Source of the DNA: an uncultured delta proteobacterium | Lineage (GTDB): Bacteria; Myxococcota; Myxococcia; Myxococcales; Myxococcaceae | Reading direction: 5' to 3' | Length of the DNA: 64,000 nucleotides | Assembly: GCA_963771175.1 (NCBI GenBank) | Contig: CAVYSY010000051.1 | Location: forward strand, 96,001-160,000 | Part shown: piece by piece, positions 52,732 to 62,661 of the stretch | Position numbering within the stretch: position 1 is the stretch's first letter | Layout: every line of letters starts with the position of its first letter | Translations under genes and position numbers: made by a program | The notes under the pieces: generated by a model | What the model saw: only the letters and a program-made list of their open reading frames with translations | The model's database searches: none | Told to the model about the DNA's origin: nothing

Positions 52732-53637
52732 CTACTCCTTCTCGCGCTGGGTGACGGCCGGGGCGCCGCCGAAGTCGAGCTTCAGCAGCGTCTCGCCGTC
52801 CACCCACAGCTCGTCCACCTTCACGCCCCAGTGGAGGTGGGGGCCGGTGACGCGGCCGGTGCTGCCCACCTTGCCCAGGAGCTGGCCGCGCTCCACGCGC
52901 GCCCCCTCCTTCACGTCCGTGGCCGAGAGGTGGAAGTAGGCCGTGTAGAGGCCGGCCCCGTGGTGCAGGAGCACCGTGTTGCCCGAGGCGTAGGCGTCGC
53001 GCGTCATCACCACCGTGCCCGCGTTGGCGGCGTACACCGGCACGCCCGTGGCCCCGCGGATGTCGGTGCCGTAGTGCTGGCTCTGCTTCTTGCCGTTGTA
53101 GGTGCGCAGATCGCCATAGGGCGCGGTGATGGTGTCCTGGCGCGGCCAGGCGAAGTTCTCGCCGAAGAGCGGAGGGGCGAAGGACTGCGCGAAGGCGGCG
53201 GCGAAGGCGGCCCTGTCCGCTTCCATGCGCGCCTGCACCTCGGGGTCTGGCTTCGTCTTCACGAACTTGTTGGACACCTTCAGCGTGCGCGACGGCCAGC
53301 TCGCGGCCACCACGTCCAGCTTCCCCTTGAGCTCCACGGGGGCGGCGCCGCCAACGGTGGGCGCCGTCACCTTCACGGGCACCTGTCCCGGCGTCAGCTC
53401 CAGCGGAATCCCGGTGAGGGCCTGGAAGCCATCGCGCACCGGGTAGAAGCGCAGGGGGCGCTCTCCGAGGGTGCCGGTGGGCGCCTCGGTGAGACCGCTC
53501 ACGGTGACGAGCACCGGATCTCCTGGCCGCGCCACCTCGGGCTGGAGGGAGAGGTGGGGACGTTCCTCGGCGGCGTAGGCGGACAGGCCGAGGACCAGTA
53601 GGAGGAAGGGCAGCCTCCGGAGGGGGGAGATATTCAC
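52732..53637 (-). CDS. M23 family metallopeptidase
   Basis: [23 protein letters not shown]; signal peptide. Confidence 0.93.
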   Translation of the reverse strand: MNISPLRRLPFLLLVLGLSAYAAEERPHLSLQPEVARPGDPVLVTVSGLTEAPTGTLGERPLRFYPVRDGFQALTGIPLELTPGQVPVKVTAPTVGGAAPVELKGKLDVVAASWPSRTLKVSNKFVKTKPDPEVQARMEADRAAFAAAFAQSFAPPLFGENFAWPRQDTITAPYGDLRTYNGKKQSQHYGTDIRGATGVPVYAANAGTVVMTRDAYASGNTVLLHHGAGLYTAYFHLSATDVKEGARVERGQLLGKVGSTGRVTGPHLHWGVKVDELWVDGETLLKLDFGGAPAVTQREKE

Positions 53638-53876
53638 GGGGGGCGAGATATGCGTGCGGGAGGGGGAGCGTCAACGACTGCCGGCCGCGACAACCCCCCG
53701 AATGTTCGTCGTGTGGCTGTCAGCGCCGAGCTCCGGAAGGGGAGGGGGCGCATGCCGCGCTACCCGAGGGGTAGGCGGACGGGCAGGCCCCCGGGAGTCT
53801 CAGCGTTCCCTCCGCACATACCTCTCCCTAGCTTCTCGCGTATCCGTTTTTCTGTTTCTGAGGGGGAGATAATCGG

Positions 53877-54338
53877 ATGCCTCGCACCTATAGCTTCGAC
53901 CACTTCACCGTTCCGAAGGCCTCGGCTCCGAGCCGCGGTCTGCGACGGCGGGAGAAGCAGCATCTGTCCGAGAAGCATGGGTCGGAGCGCCGTTCCGACA
54001 AGGCCCTCCAGTACGGTCGGAGCCATGCGGAGACGGAGGAGATGTTCCACGTTCGCGCCATGAACGCGCAGCTCGAGGCGCTGGCGGGCCTGTCGCCCAA
54101 CGCGCCGGTGAAGCCCACCGCGACCAACCGGGGCCAGCCCATTGGCGCGCTCCCGGTGGCCGTGGAGCCCCTGGTGTCGCGCGGGGCGTTCAAGGACGTG
54201 TACGAGGAGGCCCTGCGCCAGTTCCGCGCCCTCCAGTCCGGCATCCAGGATGCCACCACGGCCACGGGGCGGTTGTTGTCGCTGCCGATGGAAGCGGCCC
54301 GTCTGGCCGCGCGGCGTCTCCGTCTCGTTCAGGGCTGA
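53877..54338 (+). CDS. hypothetical protein
   Basis: ORF with GGAG RBS and high GC3; no recognised motif. Confidence 0.7.
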   Translation: MPRTYSFDHFTVPKASAPSRGLRRREKQHLSEKHGSERRSDKALQYGRSHAETEEMFHVRAMNAQLEALAGLSPNAPVKPTATNRGQPIGALPVAVEPLVSRGAFKDVYEEALRQFRALQSGIQDATTATGRLLSLPMEAARLAARRLRLVQG

Positions 54339-54349
54339 GTGAGGAGTGT

Positions 54350-55114
54350 GTGGAGCTGACGCTCGTCTCGTACAACATCCACAGTGGGATTGGGACGGAC
54401 GGTTTCTTCGACCTGAACCGCGTGGGAGAGGTGCTGCGGGAGATCAACGCGGACGTCATCGCCCTCCAGGAAGTGGGGGACTACCGGGGCGTGACGCCCC
54501 GTGAGGATCAGCCCGAGCACCTGGCGGATCTGCTCGGGCTGCACATGGCCTTCGGCCCCAACGTGGTGCGCAATGGCCGACGCTATGGCAACGCCATCCT
54601 CTCCCGGCTGCCCATCCTCAAATCGAAGAACTACGACCTGAGCGTGGGCCGTCGCGAGCCCCGGGGGGCGTTGCGCTGCGACCTGGACCTGGGCGCGGGC
54701 CGGCAGCTCCACCTCTTCTGCCTGCACCTGGGGTTGAGCATGCGCGAGCGCCGCCGCCAGGAGTCGCTCCTGCTGTCCGCCGACATCCTCCGCGATGCCG
54801 TGCGGAATGATCCGGTGGTGGTGTGTGGAGACTTCAACTACTGGGGCCCCGGCGCGGTGCCCGGGCTGGTGCGGCAGGCCATCCACGACGTGGCCCTGGA
54901 ACTGGGCACCCCGGTGCGCACCTACCACTCCCGATTCCCGCTGCTGCGGTTGGATCGCATCTACGTGGACTCCGGCGTGAGGCCGCTGGCCCTGCACGCC
55001 CACGGCACACCGCTCTGCGCGGTGGCCTCGGACCATCTGCCGCTGGTGATGCGCTTCGAGGCACCCGTGGCGGGTCTGCTGCCCCGCTCGGCACCGGTCG
55101 AGCTCATCGGCTAA
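54350..55114 (+). CDS. endonuclease/exonuclease/phosphatase family protein
   Basis: SYNIH, DVIALQEV, GNAILS, GDFN, LDRI, SDHLP. Confidence 0.93.
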   Translation: MELTLVSYNIHSGIGTDGFFDLNRVGEVLREINADVIALQEVGDYRGVTPREDQPEHLADLLGLHMAFGPNVVRNGRRYGNAILSRLPILKSKNYDLSVGRREPRGALRCDLDLGAGRQLHLFCLHLGLSMRERRRQESLLLSADILRDAVRNDPVVVCGDFNYWGPGAVPGLVRQAIHDVALELGTPVRTYHSRFPLLRLDRIYVDSGVRPLALHAHGTPLCAVASDHLPLVMRFEAPVAGLLPRSAPVELIG

Positions 55115-55222
55115 CCTGGGCGCTCCGGCGCGTCGGATGGCCAACGCTGACGAGCGCCGGACATATTTCTTCGCGGCGGGGTTGTCGTGGAGAACAGGGG
55201 GGTCCTACGTTGGGGCCTCCGA

Positions 55223-55681
55223 ATGAGAGCGACGGCCGGGGAGCAGATGGGCTTGGGCACCGAACAGACGGAGCGCGGACTCGCCGCGCTCGTCGGGCGG
55301 ATGACGGACGGTTTCAGCAGGCTGGTGACACAGCACCTGGCGCTGGCGCGCATGGAGCTGATGGATGACGCGCGGGCGGTGGGGTCGGACGTGGCGCGCA
55401 TCGCCGCCTTCGTTCCCTTCGTGCTGGTGGGCTATGCCTTCCTCTGCGCGGCGCTGTCCGCCTTCCTGGCGCGGTGGCTCGGCTGGGATGGAGCGCTCGC
55501 GGTGGTGGGGGCGGTCAACCTCGTGGGCGGTGGGCTGGGCATCTCGCGGGCCGCCGCGCGGCTCAAGGCCCGCCGAGTCATGGACGGCACCACCGAGGAG
55601 CTGAACCGCAGCGTGGAGGTGCTCGCCCAGGCCCCGGTCGCGCCCGCGGTGCTCCCCCGGGAGGCCGGTCATGGCCGCTGA
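55223..55681 (+). CDS. YqjE/holin-like two-TM membrane protein
   Basis: LVTQHLALARMEL followed by two TM helices. Confidence 0.8.
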   Translation: MRATAGEQMGLGTEQTERGLAALVGRMTDGFSRLVTQHLALARMELMDDARAVGSDVARIAAFVPFVLVGYAFLCAALSAFLARWLGWDGALAVVGAVNLVGGGLGISRAAARLKARRVMDGTTEELNRSVEVLAQAPVAPAVLPREAGHGR

Positions 55682-55892
55682 CGGGAAGGCGAAGACCTCG
55701 CCCCAGACTCCGGAGCAGCTTCGCGCGGAGATCGAACGGACCCGCAACGAGCTCGTTCACTCGGTCACCCTGCTGCGCGAGGAGGTGGCCTGGCGCACCG
55801 ACTGGCGCCAGTGGGTGCGCCGCCATCCCATGTCGTGCGTGGGCGCGGCGTTCTTCGTCGGATTCCTCATCGGCAGCAGCCGGCGGCGCTAG
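55671..55892 (+). CDS. DUF3618-like tail-anchored small protein
   Basis: PEQLRAEIERTRNEL; VRRHP plus C-terminal TM. Confidence 0.75.
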   Translation: MAADGKAKTSPQTPEQLRAEIERTRNELVHSVTLLREEVAWRTDWRQWVRRHPMSCVGAAFFVGFLIGSSRRR

Positions 55893-55944
55893 TCGCCCGA
55901 CACCTTCGTTCCCACCCTTCAACCCCGATAAGGAGATGGCTTCC

Positions 55945-56145
55945 ATGGACGTCAATCCGCAGCACCTGCAGGAGAAGGCCCGTCAGTTCCAGGAGAACAT
56001 GGTGCCGCAGCTCGAGGAGGCGCGGCGCAACCTGGAGGATCTCAACACCCGCGTGGTGAGCTTCGTGCGCGCCAATCCGGGCACCTGCCTCCTGGGCGCC
56101 GTGGCCCTGGGCTTCATCGTCGGGCGCATCGCGTCGCGCCGCTGA
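55945..56145 (+). CDS. ElaB/YqjD (DUF883)-like tail-anchored protein
   Basis: FVRANPG--LLGAVALGFIVGRIASRR; AAGGAG RBS. Confidence 0.75.
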   Translation: MDVNPQHLQEKARQFQENMVPQLEEARRNLEDLNTRVVSFVRANPGTCLLGAVALGFIVGRIASRR

Positions 56146-56182
56146 GCCTCTCGCCGTTTCCTCGAAGACTCGGAGTACCGAC

Positions 56183-56626
56183 ATGGCGACTTTCCAGAGC
56201 AACCCGGGCAGCAATGATGGCCAGGCGCAGGGCGAGCAGGGAGAGGGGCAGGGGCAGGCCGGTTTCGGCCATCGGGTGGATCAGATCGGCTCGGACGCGC
56301 AGCAGCTGTGGGACGATGCTCGCGGCGCGGTGACGGACCTGCGAGACACGCTGGACCTCAAGGGTCGCGTGGAGCGCAACCCGTACCTGACGCTGGCAGC
56401 GGCTTTCGGCGTGGGCTACGTGCTCGGCGGCGGGCTCTTCACCCGCACCACCGCGCGAGTCATCCGGCTGGGAATGCGTCTGGCGGCGCTGCCCATGGTC
56501 AAGGACGAGCTGCTCGGCATGGCCGAGGCGGCGATGCGCGGCGTCGAGGTCGGTGCCGGTCGCGTGGCCGACATGTCCGGGTCCGGGAACACCGGTGCTG
56601 GTGGTTCGCACGGCCCCCAGGTTTGA
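56183..56626 (+). CDS. hypothetical membrane protein (DUF883-like NP-TM motif)
   Basis: VERNPYLTLAAAFGVGYVLGGG. Confidence 0.75.
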   Translation: MATFQSNPGSNDGQAQGEQGEGQGQAGFGHRVDQIGSDAQQLWDDARGAVTDLRDTLDLKGRVERNPYLTLAAAFGVGYVLGGGLFTRTTARVIRLGMRLAALPMVKDELLGMAEAAMRGVEVGAGRVADMSGSGNTGAGGSHGPQV

Positions 56627-56665
56627 TGGACTCTTTCCCCACCCGCCGCACATGGAGCGCCCACG

Positions 56666-56932
56666 ATGTTCAGCGCCAATGACCTGAGGAAGATGGACAA
56701 GGACGATGTGCTCAACCTGCTCGGCCTGGAGACCCGGAAGGGCCCCTCGGACTGGCTGCTGCCCACGCTGGGGGCCTTCTCCGTGGGCCTGCTCGTGGGC
56801 GCGGGGCTCGGCATGCTGATGGCGCCGAAGGCCGGCCCCGAGCTGCGCAATGACCTGCGCAACCGGCTGCAGGGCCAGGACGCCCAGGCCAGCGGCGAGC
56901 AGCGCCGCGAGACCGCCTCTCACGGCGCCTAG
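56666..56932 (+). CDS. YtxH-like protein
   Basis: GLLVGAGLGMLMAPKAGPELRNDL. Confidence 0.85.
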   Translation: MFSANDLRKMDKDDVLNLLGLETRKGPSDWLLPTLGAFSVGLLVGAGLGMLMAPKAGPELRNDLRNRLQGQDAQASGEQRRETASHGA

Positions 56933-56971
56933 CGTCGAGTGTCCGGGGTTCGCCCGGGATTCGGGCGAGCG

Positions 56972-57012
56972 CGAGGGGCGATCCGGTGACTCCGGGTCGC
57001 CCCTTCGTATTT
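56972..57012 (+). terminator. intrinsic terminator
   Basis: CGAGGGGCGATCCGG-TGACT-CCGGGTCGCCCCTTCG followed by TATTT. Confidence 0.7.
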
Positions 57013-57100
57013 CCAGGCGGTAGACTCCGGCGCCTATGCGCGTCTTCCTCATGCGGACCCTCCTTCTCGACGTGGCGCTCGCCGCGTGGGAGCTCGTGCC

Positions 57101-58249
57101 ATGAGCTCCCGGAAGGCGCCCAAGCCGGCGCGTGGCGGGCGCCCGGCGCGGAAGGGCTCGTCCTCGCGTGAGGCCACGAAGGTGGAGTCCCCTCCTCGGG
57201 GACGTGCCGCGCCTGGACGGAAGGACTCGCCGTCGCGGCGGGACACGCCGAGAGAGCTGCCCGCGGTGGGAGCCTCCGGGAAGAAGGCGACCCTGGCGCG
57301 CACCGGGCCCTCGCCTCGGCCTCCGGACGCTCCGCGCGAGCCACCTCGTCCCGATACGAGCGCGGAGGCCGTGACACGTGGGGTGCTGGCCCGGGTGCGG
57401 GGCGTGGAGACGCTGGAGTCCGCCTACGACGCCTGGCTCGAGCTGCGGTTGGCGCACGGGGCCGCGCGGTTGCGCTTCGGCGAGGAGCGCGAGCGTCTGG
57501 AGCAGCAGGGCTCCTTCCTGGTGGGCGCGGTGCGCGCGGCGGGTCAGGAGCGAGCGGCCTCGGCGGCGCCAGCTCCGGAGGCGGCGCTCGTCTCCGCGGA
57601 GGCATCCATGCGCGACTTCCTGCGCCAGGCCGAGGAGAAGCTGTCCCGGGCGCGCGAGGCGCTCGCGAGGGAAGAGGCCGAGAGCGAGGCGCGCTACCAG
57701 GCGGCCTTCGCGGAGATCCGCTCCACCCTCCAGGATCGGGTAGGGCGCCACCTGGGCGCCGCGCCGGTGCGCTTGCGGTTGCTGCTGCGGAAGGTGGGGG
57801 CCACGCGGGCCATCCTCCACGTGGAGCGCGTGAGCGGCGATACCCCGGTGCTGCTCCTGCACCTCTTCACCGGCCGCATCCCCTCGCGCCACGGCTTCCT
57901 CTTCGACGACTCCACCGAGGACGTGTCGCTCCCGCCGGCGCCGCTCTACCCGGAGGAGGGCGTCGCGCCGGGCGAGGTACGCCCGGAGGCCCCGGACCTC
58001 ATCTCGCGGGTGCGAGCACCGGGAGAGGTGCTACCGGTGAAGGGCTTCCTGCCCGTCTTCGTGCCCCGCCCCGAGGGGGGCGAGGACTTCTTCCGCCTCC
58101 TCCAGCGAGGGCCGGTGATGGAGGTGGAGGTGGCGGAGGGCCCGGGCTTCCGCGGCATCCTCACCCGCGAGGAGTCCGAGCGCTTCGCGGGGCACCTGCT
58201 GCGCCTCAAGCTCGAGGGCAGGCTCGAGCTCGAGGTGGAAGCGGGCTGA
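57101..58249 (+). CDS. hypothetical protein (basic disordered N-terminus, coiled coil)
   Basis: Long ORF with high GC3; no recognised family. Confidence 0.75.
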   Translation: MSSRKAPKPARGGRPARKGSSSREATKVESPPRGRAAPGRKDSPSRRDTPRELPAVGASGKKATLARTGPSPRPPDAPREPPRPDTSAEAVTRGVLARVRGVETLESAYDAWLELRLAHGAARLRFGEERERLEQQGSFLVGAVRAAGQERAASAAPAPEAALVSAEASMRDFLRQAEEKLSRAREALAREEAESEARYQAAFAEIRSTLQDRVGRHLGAAPVRLRLLLRKVGATRAILHVERVSGDTPVLLLHLFTGRIPSRHGFLFDDSTEDVSLPPAPLYPEEGVAPGEVRPEAPDLISRVRAPGEVLPVKGFLPVFVPRPEGGEDFFRLLQRGPVMEVEVAEGPGFRGILTREESERFAGHLLRLKLEGRLELEVEAG

Positions 58250-58261
58250 GGCGGACGCGGG

Positions 58262-59146
58262 CTACGGCTGCGTGTGCACCAGGCCCACGTCGGCGGTGCC
58301 CACCATCAGCGCGCTGCCGACGAAGAGGTTGTCGGACTCGGCGCCGCCGGTCCTCACCGTCTGGAAGATGACGAGGTAGTTGCTGTCCTTCTGGGGGAAG
58401 GCCTCGCCGGGAATGGTGAGGCTCGCCGCCAGCGACGGGGCGGTCGGCAGGGCCACGAGCTCCAGGAGGCCCAGCGGATCCTTTGGCATGCTGTTGTAGG
58501 TGGGCTCACCCTTGTCGCCGTTGTCGCTCAGCGGGACGACGGTGACGAAGCCGTGGGTGCGCTCCTGGTTGGCGGCCACGGCCGGGCGCTGCAGGGTGAG
58601 GCCCTGGTTGGCCGTGTGCCGGACGTAGCCCTCGGCCGGGTGGAGCGCGTTGATCTTCTCGAGGTCCGGCGCATCCTCCACCGTGCCCACATGCGAGGTG
58701 CCGTTCTCCACGGCGACGAAGCGGTAGGTGGCGCGGGGCTGGTACTTCACGCCCGCGTCATCGCCGAAGTCGCTCGTGTGGCCGTAGGTGCCCGCGCCCT
58801 CGCTCTCGAGGTTGTACTGGCTGCCGTTGACCACCTCGATGCGGACGTTGGCGTTGGCGATGGGCTCAGGCGTGCCCTGGTCGCCCTCGCGCGTGCCGAA
58901 GAAGACGAGGGCCGCCGTCTGACCCGGTACGGTGATCTTATCATCGATGACGGGGCCGCCGTCGGGCAGCGTGCCGGCGTCGATCCCCGCCGCGGCTGCC
59001 GGCGAGAAGGCCACGTCGGGTGTGGAGAGCAGGGTCCCCACCATCACCCTCTTGGCGAGGATCTGGTTGCCTGTCTTCTCGAGGTCGCAGGCAAGGAGGG
59101 GGAGCAGGAGAGCGGTCACGGCGGTGGACAGCAGGAGTCGGTTCAT
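58262..59146 (-). CDS. hypothetical lipoprotein
   Basis: MNRLLLSTAVTALLLPLLAC lipobox; beta-rich body. Confidence 0.85.
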   Translation of the reverse strand: MNRLLLSTAVTALLLPLLACDLEKTGNQILAKRVMVGTLLSTPDVAFSPAAAAGIDAGTLPDGGPVIDDKITVPGQTAALVFFGTREGDQGTPEPIANANVRIEVVNGSQYNLESEGAGTYGHTSDFGDDAGVKYQPRATYRFVAVENGTSHVGTVEDAPDLEKINALHPAEGYVRHTANQGLTLQRPAVAANQERTHGFVTVVPLSDNGDKGEPTYNSMPKDPLGLLELVALPTAPSLAASLTIPGEAFPQKDSNYLVIFQTVRTGGAESDNLFVGSALMVGTADVGLVHTQP

Positions 59147-59240
59147 TGCTTCTTTCCGGAAGGTCGGCCCGGCGGGCGAGCATACCAGGGCAACAGGAGG
59201 GCTGGGTGCGTGGGCTGAACGCGCTATTCTCCCGGCTCCC

Positions 59241-61814
59241 GTGCGAAGCCTTCCCATCTACTCGGCCGGACTCCGCTTCCTGCAGCGGCTCGGCTATTCG
59301 CTCCTGCAGGCCACGCTTTTCGGCGCCATCCTCGGGCTGCTCGTCTACTACCGGGTCCCGCGCGCGCAGCTCGGCGGCGAGGCGACGCCCATCGCCGTGC
59401 TCGCCCGTCCCTCGGCCTGGTTGGAGTCCTGGGAGCGCGCTGCCTACGACTGGCGCGCCCGCGCGCTGGGGGCCCGTTCCTCGCGTTCGGACCGGGTCGT
59501 GGTGGTGGCGATCGACGACGAGACGCTCGCCGAGGCCCGCCAGGACGAGCGCCCTGGCATCGCGTCCAATCCGTGGCCACGGGAGCTGCTGGGCGGACTG
59601 ACCAACCGGCTCGTCGACGAGGGCGCGGAGCTGGTGATGCTGGACTTCCCCTTCGCCGAGTTCAGCCCGCGCGCCGGCCTCGTGCAGGGGACGCCCGGTC
59701 TGGAGGGGCTGGACGACGACCGGGCCTTCCGCAAGCGGCTCGACCGCAATCCCGAGAAGTCCGTGCTGGCCTTCGAGTGGTCGCCGGACCGCGAGATTCC
59801 AGCGGGCGGCCGGCTGTGGCCGTACCGGGTGCGGCTCGGCACCTACGCCAGCGCGGGCGAGGCGCGGGGCCGGGTGCAGTCGGTGCTGGCGGATCAACGA
59901 CCGGCCTTCCTCATCCCCGTGGGCAACGCGGTGGAGGCGTGGGCGGGCGTGGCCAGCGAGCAGGAGGGCCTGCGGGTGGCCCTGGAGCAGGGGGTCCGCG
60001 AGCCGCCGAGGGTTCAGGAGCGGCGGGCCACGGATGACACCTGGCGCGTGGGCCCGCTGGAGCTCTTCGTCTCCCTGGCCGAGGTGGAGGTGGAGGGGTT
60101 GGAGCCGGCGCTGCTGCCGGAGGTCCGCCAGCTCGAGCACCCGGTGGCTCCGTTGCTGGGCCCGGCGAGCCTCTACGGCGCCGCCACCGTGCCGGCGGAT
60201 CCGGACGGGGTGGTGCGGGCCGTGCCGCACCTGGTGAGCTATCGCTCGCGAGAGGGTGCCCGGCATGTGCTGCCCTCCATGCCACTGGCGGCGGCGATGC
60301 GCCTGGCGGGCACGCGCCAGCTCCGCTACGCGGACGGCCGGCTGTACGTGGGGGACCGGTTCTCCATCCCCCTGGACGAGTCCGGTTACAGCCTGGTGCG
60401 CTGGGACGCGGCGGAGGTGGGGCGGGGCTCGCGCGGCTCCGTGTCGAGGGCCATCCCCGCGTGGAATGTGCTGCTCAACCTCTTCGCCGTGCGAGAGGGA
60501 GTGCCACCGCGAGCGGTCCACGACATCGAGGGCCGCATCATCGTCTTCACCAACACCTCGCGCCAGGCGCTGGACTTCAAGCACACGCCCATCGGCGAAT
60601 ACACGCCCGCGGGAGCCGTGCTCGCTCAGTCGCTGGTGAACCTCCTGCAGTCCGAGGGCATCACCCGCGCCACGCCGAAGCTGGACCTCTTCCTGACACT
60701 CGGGGCCGCGCTCGTCGGCGCCTTCATGGCGCTCACCTTCAACCGGGGTCTGCGCTCCTTCGGTGACGTGCTGGTGTATCTGGGCACGATGGGGGCAGTG
60801 GGGCTCGTCCTGGCCGGAGTGGCCTGGTACCTCTTCGTCAACAAGCTGCTCTGGGTGGCGATGGTGGGCCCGCTGCTGGCCATGGGTCTCACCTTCATCT
60901 TCACCATCGTCCAGGCCTCGCGCTCCGAGCGACAGCTTCGCCACTTCATCACCGACGTGCTCGGCCGCTATGTGAGCCCCGAGGTGGCGCGGCTCGTCAC
61001 GCGCGACCTGCGGCTGCTGACGCGGGCCGAGCGCCGCGAGGTGACGGTCTTCTTCTGCGACATCGACGGCTTCTCGCGCCTGTCCAGCGAGCTGCCACCG
61101 GAGAAGGTGGTCCAGTTCCTCAATGACTCGCTGACGGAGATGACGGACGTGGTGCGCTCCACTCGCGGCCAGGTGGACAAGTACCTGGGAGACGCGGTGC
61201 TGGCCTTCTGGGGCGCGCCGGTGCGCACGGATCGCCACGCGCACCTGGCCTGCGAGGCCGCGTTGAAGCTGCAGGCAGCGCTGCAGGAGCGCAACACGTA
61301 CTGGGAGAAGACGTACGGCCAGCGTCTGCTGTGCCGCATCGGTATCGACAGCGGCGAGGTGCTGGTGGGCGGCATGGGCAGCGATCTCGAGGCCAAGTAC
61401 TCCGCCATGGGCGAGGCGGTGAAGCTCTCCATGCTCCTGGAGAGCCTCAACCGGACCTACGGCACCTTCGTGCTGGTGGGAGACGGATCGGCCCGGCTGG
61501 CGCAGGACTCCTTCGTGTTCCGCGAGGTGGACCGGGTGCGGCTCAAGGGCCGGACCGAGCCCGCCCGCCTCCACGAGCTGGTGGGCCGCAAGGGGGAGAT
61601 CTCCCCCCAGATGCAGGAGCAGCTCGCTCTCTATGAACAGGCGCTCACCGCGTACCACCAGCGGCGCTTCGACGAGGCGCTGGCTCTCTTCACGCGCGGC
61701 GTGGAGGCGTACCAGGACACGGTGGCGGGGGTGTACGCCGAGCGCTGCCGCAAGTTCACCTCGGCGGCGCCTCCAGAGGACTGGGATGGCGTGTTCGCGT
61801 CCGAGGGCAGTTGA
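59241..61814 (+). CDS. CHASE2-domain class III nucleotidyl cyclase homolog
   Basis: VVVAIDDETL, PWPR, DPDGVVR, three TM, FFCDIDGFS, DKYLGDAV-AFWGAP, RIGI-SG; start approximate. Confidence 0.9.
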   Translation: MRSLPIYSAGLRFLQRLGYSLLQATLFGAILGLLVYYRVPRAQLGGEATPIAVLARPSAWLESWERAAYDWRARALGARSSRSDRVVVVAIDDETLAEARQDERPGIASNPWPRELLGGLTNRLVDEGAELVMLDFPFAEFSPRAGLVQGTPGLEGLDDDRAFRKRLDRNPEKSVLAFEWSPDREIPAGGRLWPYRVRLGTYASAGEARGRVQSVLADQRPAFLIPVGNAVEAWAGVASEQEGLRVALEQGVREPPRVQERRATDDTWRVGPLELFVSLAEVEVEGLEPALLPEVRQLEHPVAPLLGPASLYGAATVPADPDGVVRAVPHLVSYRSREGARHVLPSMPLAAAMRLAGTRQLRYADGRLYVGDRFSIPLDESGYSLVRWDAAEVGRGSRGSVSRAIPAWNVLLNLFAVREGVPPRAVHDIEGRIIVFTNTSRQALDFKHTPIGEYTPAGAVLAQSLVNLLQSEGITRATPKLDLFLTLGAALVGAFMALTFNRGLRSFGDVLVYLGTMGAVGLVLAGVAWYLFVNKLLWVAMVGPLLAMGLTFIFTIVQASRSERQLRHFITDVLGRYVSPEVARLVTRDLRLLTRAERREVTVFFCDIDGFSRLSSELPPEKVVQFLNDSLTEMTDVVRSTRGQVDKYLGDAVLAFWGAPVRTDRHAHLACEAALKLQAALQERNTYWEKTYGQRLLCRIGIDSGEVLVGGMGSDLEAKYSAMGEAVKLSMLLESLNRTYGTFVLVGDGSARLAQDSFVFREVDRVRLKGRTEPARLHELVGRKGEISPQMQEQLALYEQALTAYHQRRFDEALALFTRGVEAYQDTVAGVYAERCRKFTSAAPPEDWDGVFASEGS

Positions 61815-61903
61815 GAAGCGGGCCTCGAGCGCCAGCGCATTCGCACCGAGCACACCAGCCACGACCCCAAAGAGAACCGCCGGCCTCCGGTCGCGTTCTT
61901 CGC

Positions 61904-62074
61904 CAACTTGTCCACTATGTGTACAAGTTGCGCGACTTCGCGCCCGGCGGGTGCCCCTGTCCCCGGGATGGCGCCCTCCCGGTCTCGCTCTTCAGAAACC
62001 TGTCCGACAGTCGGACAGGTTTTTCGAGACCGCGCCCGGAGGGTCCCCTGCTTTCGGGAGGTGTTCGGACACCT
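61904..62074. repeat. cluster of palindromes (REP-like element)
   Basis: AAACCTGTCCGAC-A-GTCGGACAGGTTT (61996-62022) nested in GGTCTCG/CGAGACC; further hairpins at 61904-61930 and 62059-62074. Confidence 0.75.
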
Positions 62075-62097
62075 GCTCGGGAGCTGCCTCGGAAGGT

Positions 62098-62463
62098 TCA
62101 GCCCTCCGGGTCCGGCTCGTCGGGGTGACCGAAGAGCTCGACGATGGGCTTGTCCTCGGCGATGTGCTCGGCCACCACGCGGCGCATCTTCTCCGGCGTC
62201 ATGTGCGAGTAGTACGTCTCGCCCTCCCAGCCCATGAGCTGGTAGTCCTCGGGGGAGAGGGGATCCCTCTTGCGACCCGTCTCCTCACGGATGACGACGT
62301 TCGGCCCCATGTGGCAGAAGCCGTAGCAGCCTCCTCGGTACAGCTCGCAGCGGGGCTGCAGCTTCCGTGCGGACAGCTCGTCGCGAGCGGCCGCGGCCAC
62401 GGCGTCGGAGCCACCGGCCTTGCAGCTCGAGCCTTTGCACACGGAGAGGCGGTAGCGCTTCAT
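62098..62463 (-). CDS. thioredoxin-like [2Fe-2S] ferredoxin
   Basis: VCKGSSC...GCYGFCHMGPNV. Confidence 0.9.
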   Translation of the reverse strand: MKRYRLSVCKGSSCKAGGSDAVAAAARDELSARKLQPRCELYRGGCYGFCHMGPNVVIREETGRKRDPLSPEDYQLMGWEGETYYSHMTPEKMRRVVAEHIAEDKPIVELFGHPDEPDPEG

Positions 62464-62596
62464 GCACCGGGAACCCTACGGAGTTTGCGAGGTGCTGGAA
62501 AGGGTTGCCGCGGCCGAGGAGGGCCAGTCCCCTCGCTCGCCGCGAGCGAGGCTGTAGGGCTGCAACGCGGCTGCACTCGTGCCCCTTGAAACGACA

Positions 62597-62638
62597 CCGG
62601 CCCGCCGTCCACCGCGAGGAGCGGGGAGGGCGGGCCGG
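62597..62638 (-). terminator. hairpin downstream of nuoI
   Basis: CCGGCCCGCC...GGCGGGCCGG inverted repeat. Confidence 0.55.
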
Positions 62639-62661
62639 GTGCCGGCGAGTCGCCGGGCGTC

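Noticed and set aside
55223..55681. Prophage suggested by a holin-like gene and a nearby M23 peptidase
   Set aside because: No phage structural, terminase or integrase genes; these families are common in host chromosomes.
61815..62097. Retron msr-msd
   Set aside because: No reverse transcriptase gene in the window.
61811..62589. Plus-strand ORFs across the palindrome region
   Set aside because: Atypical composition; they read through the palindromes and overlap the ferredoxin gene antisense.
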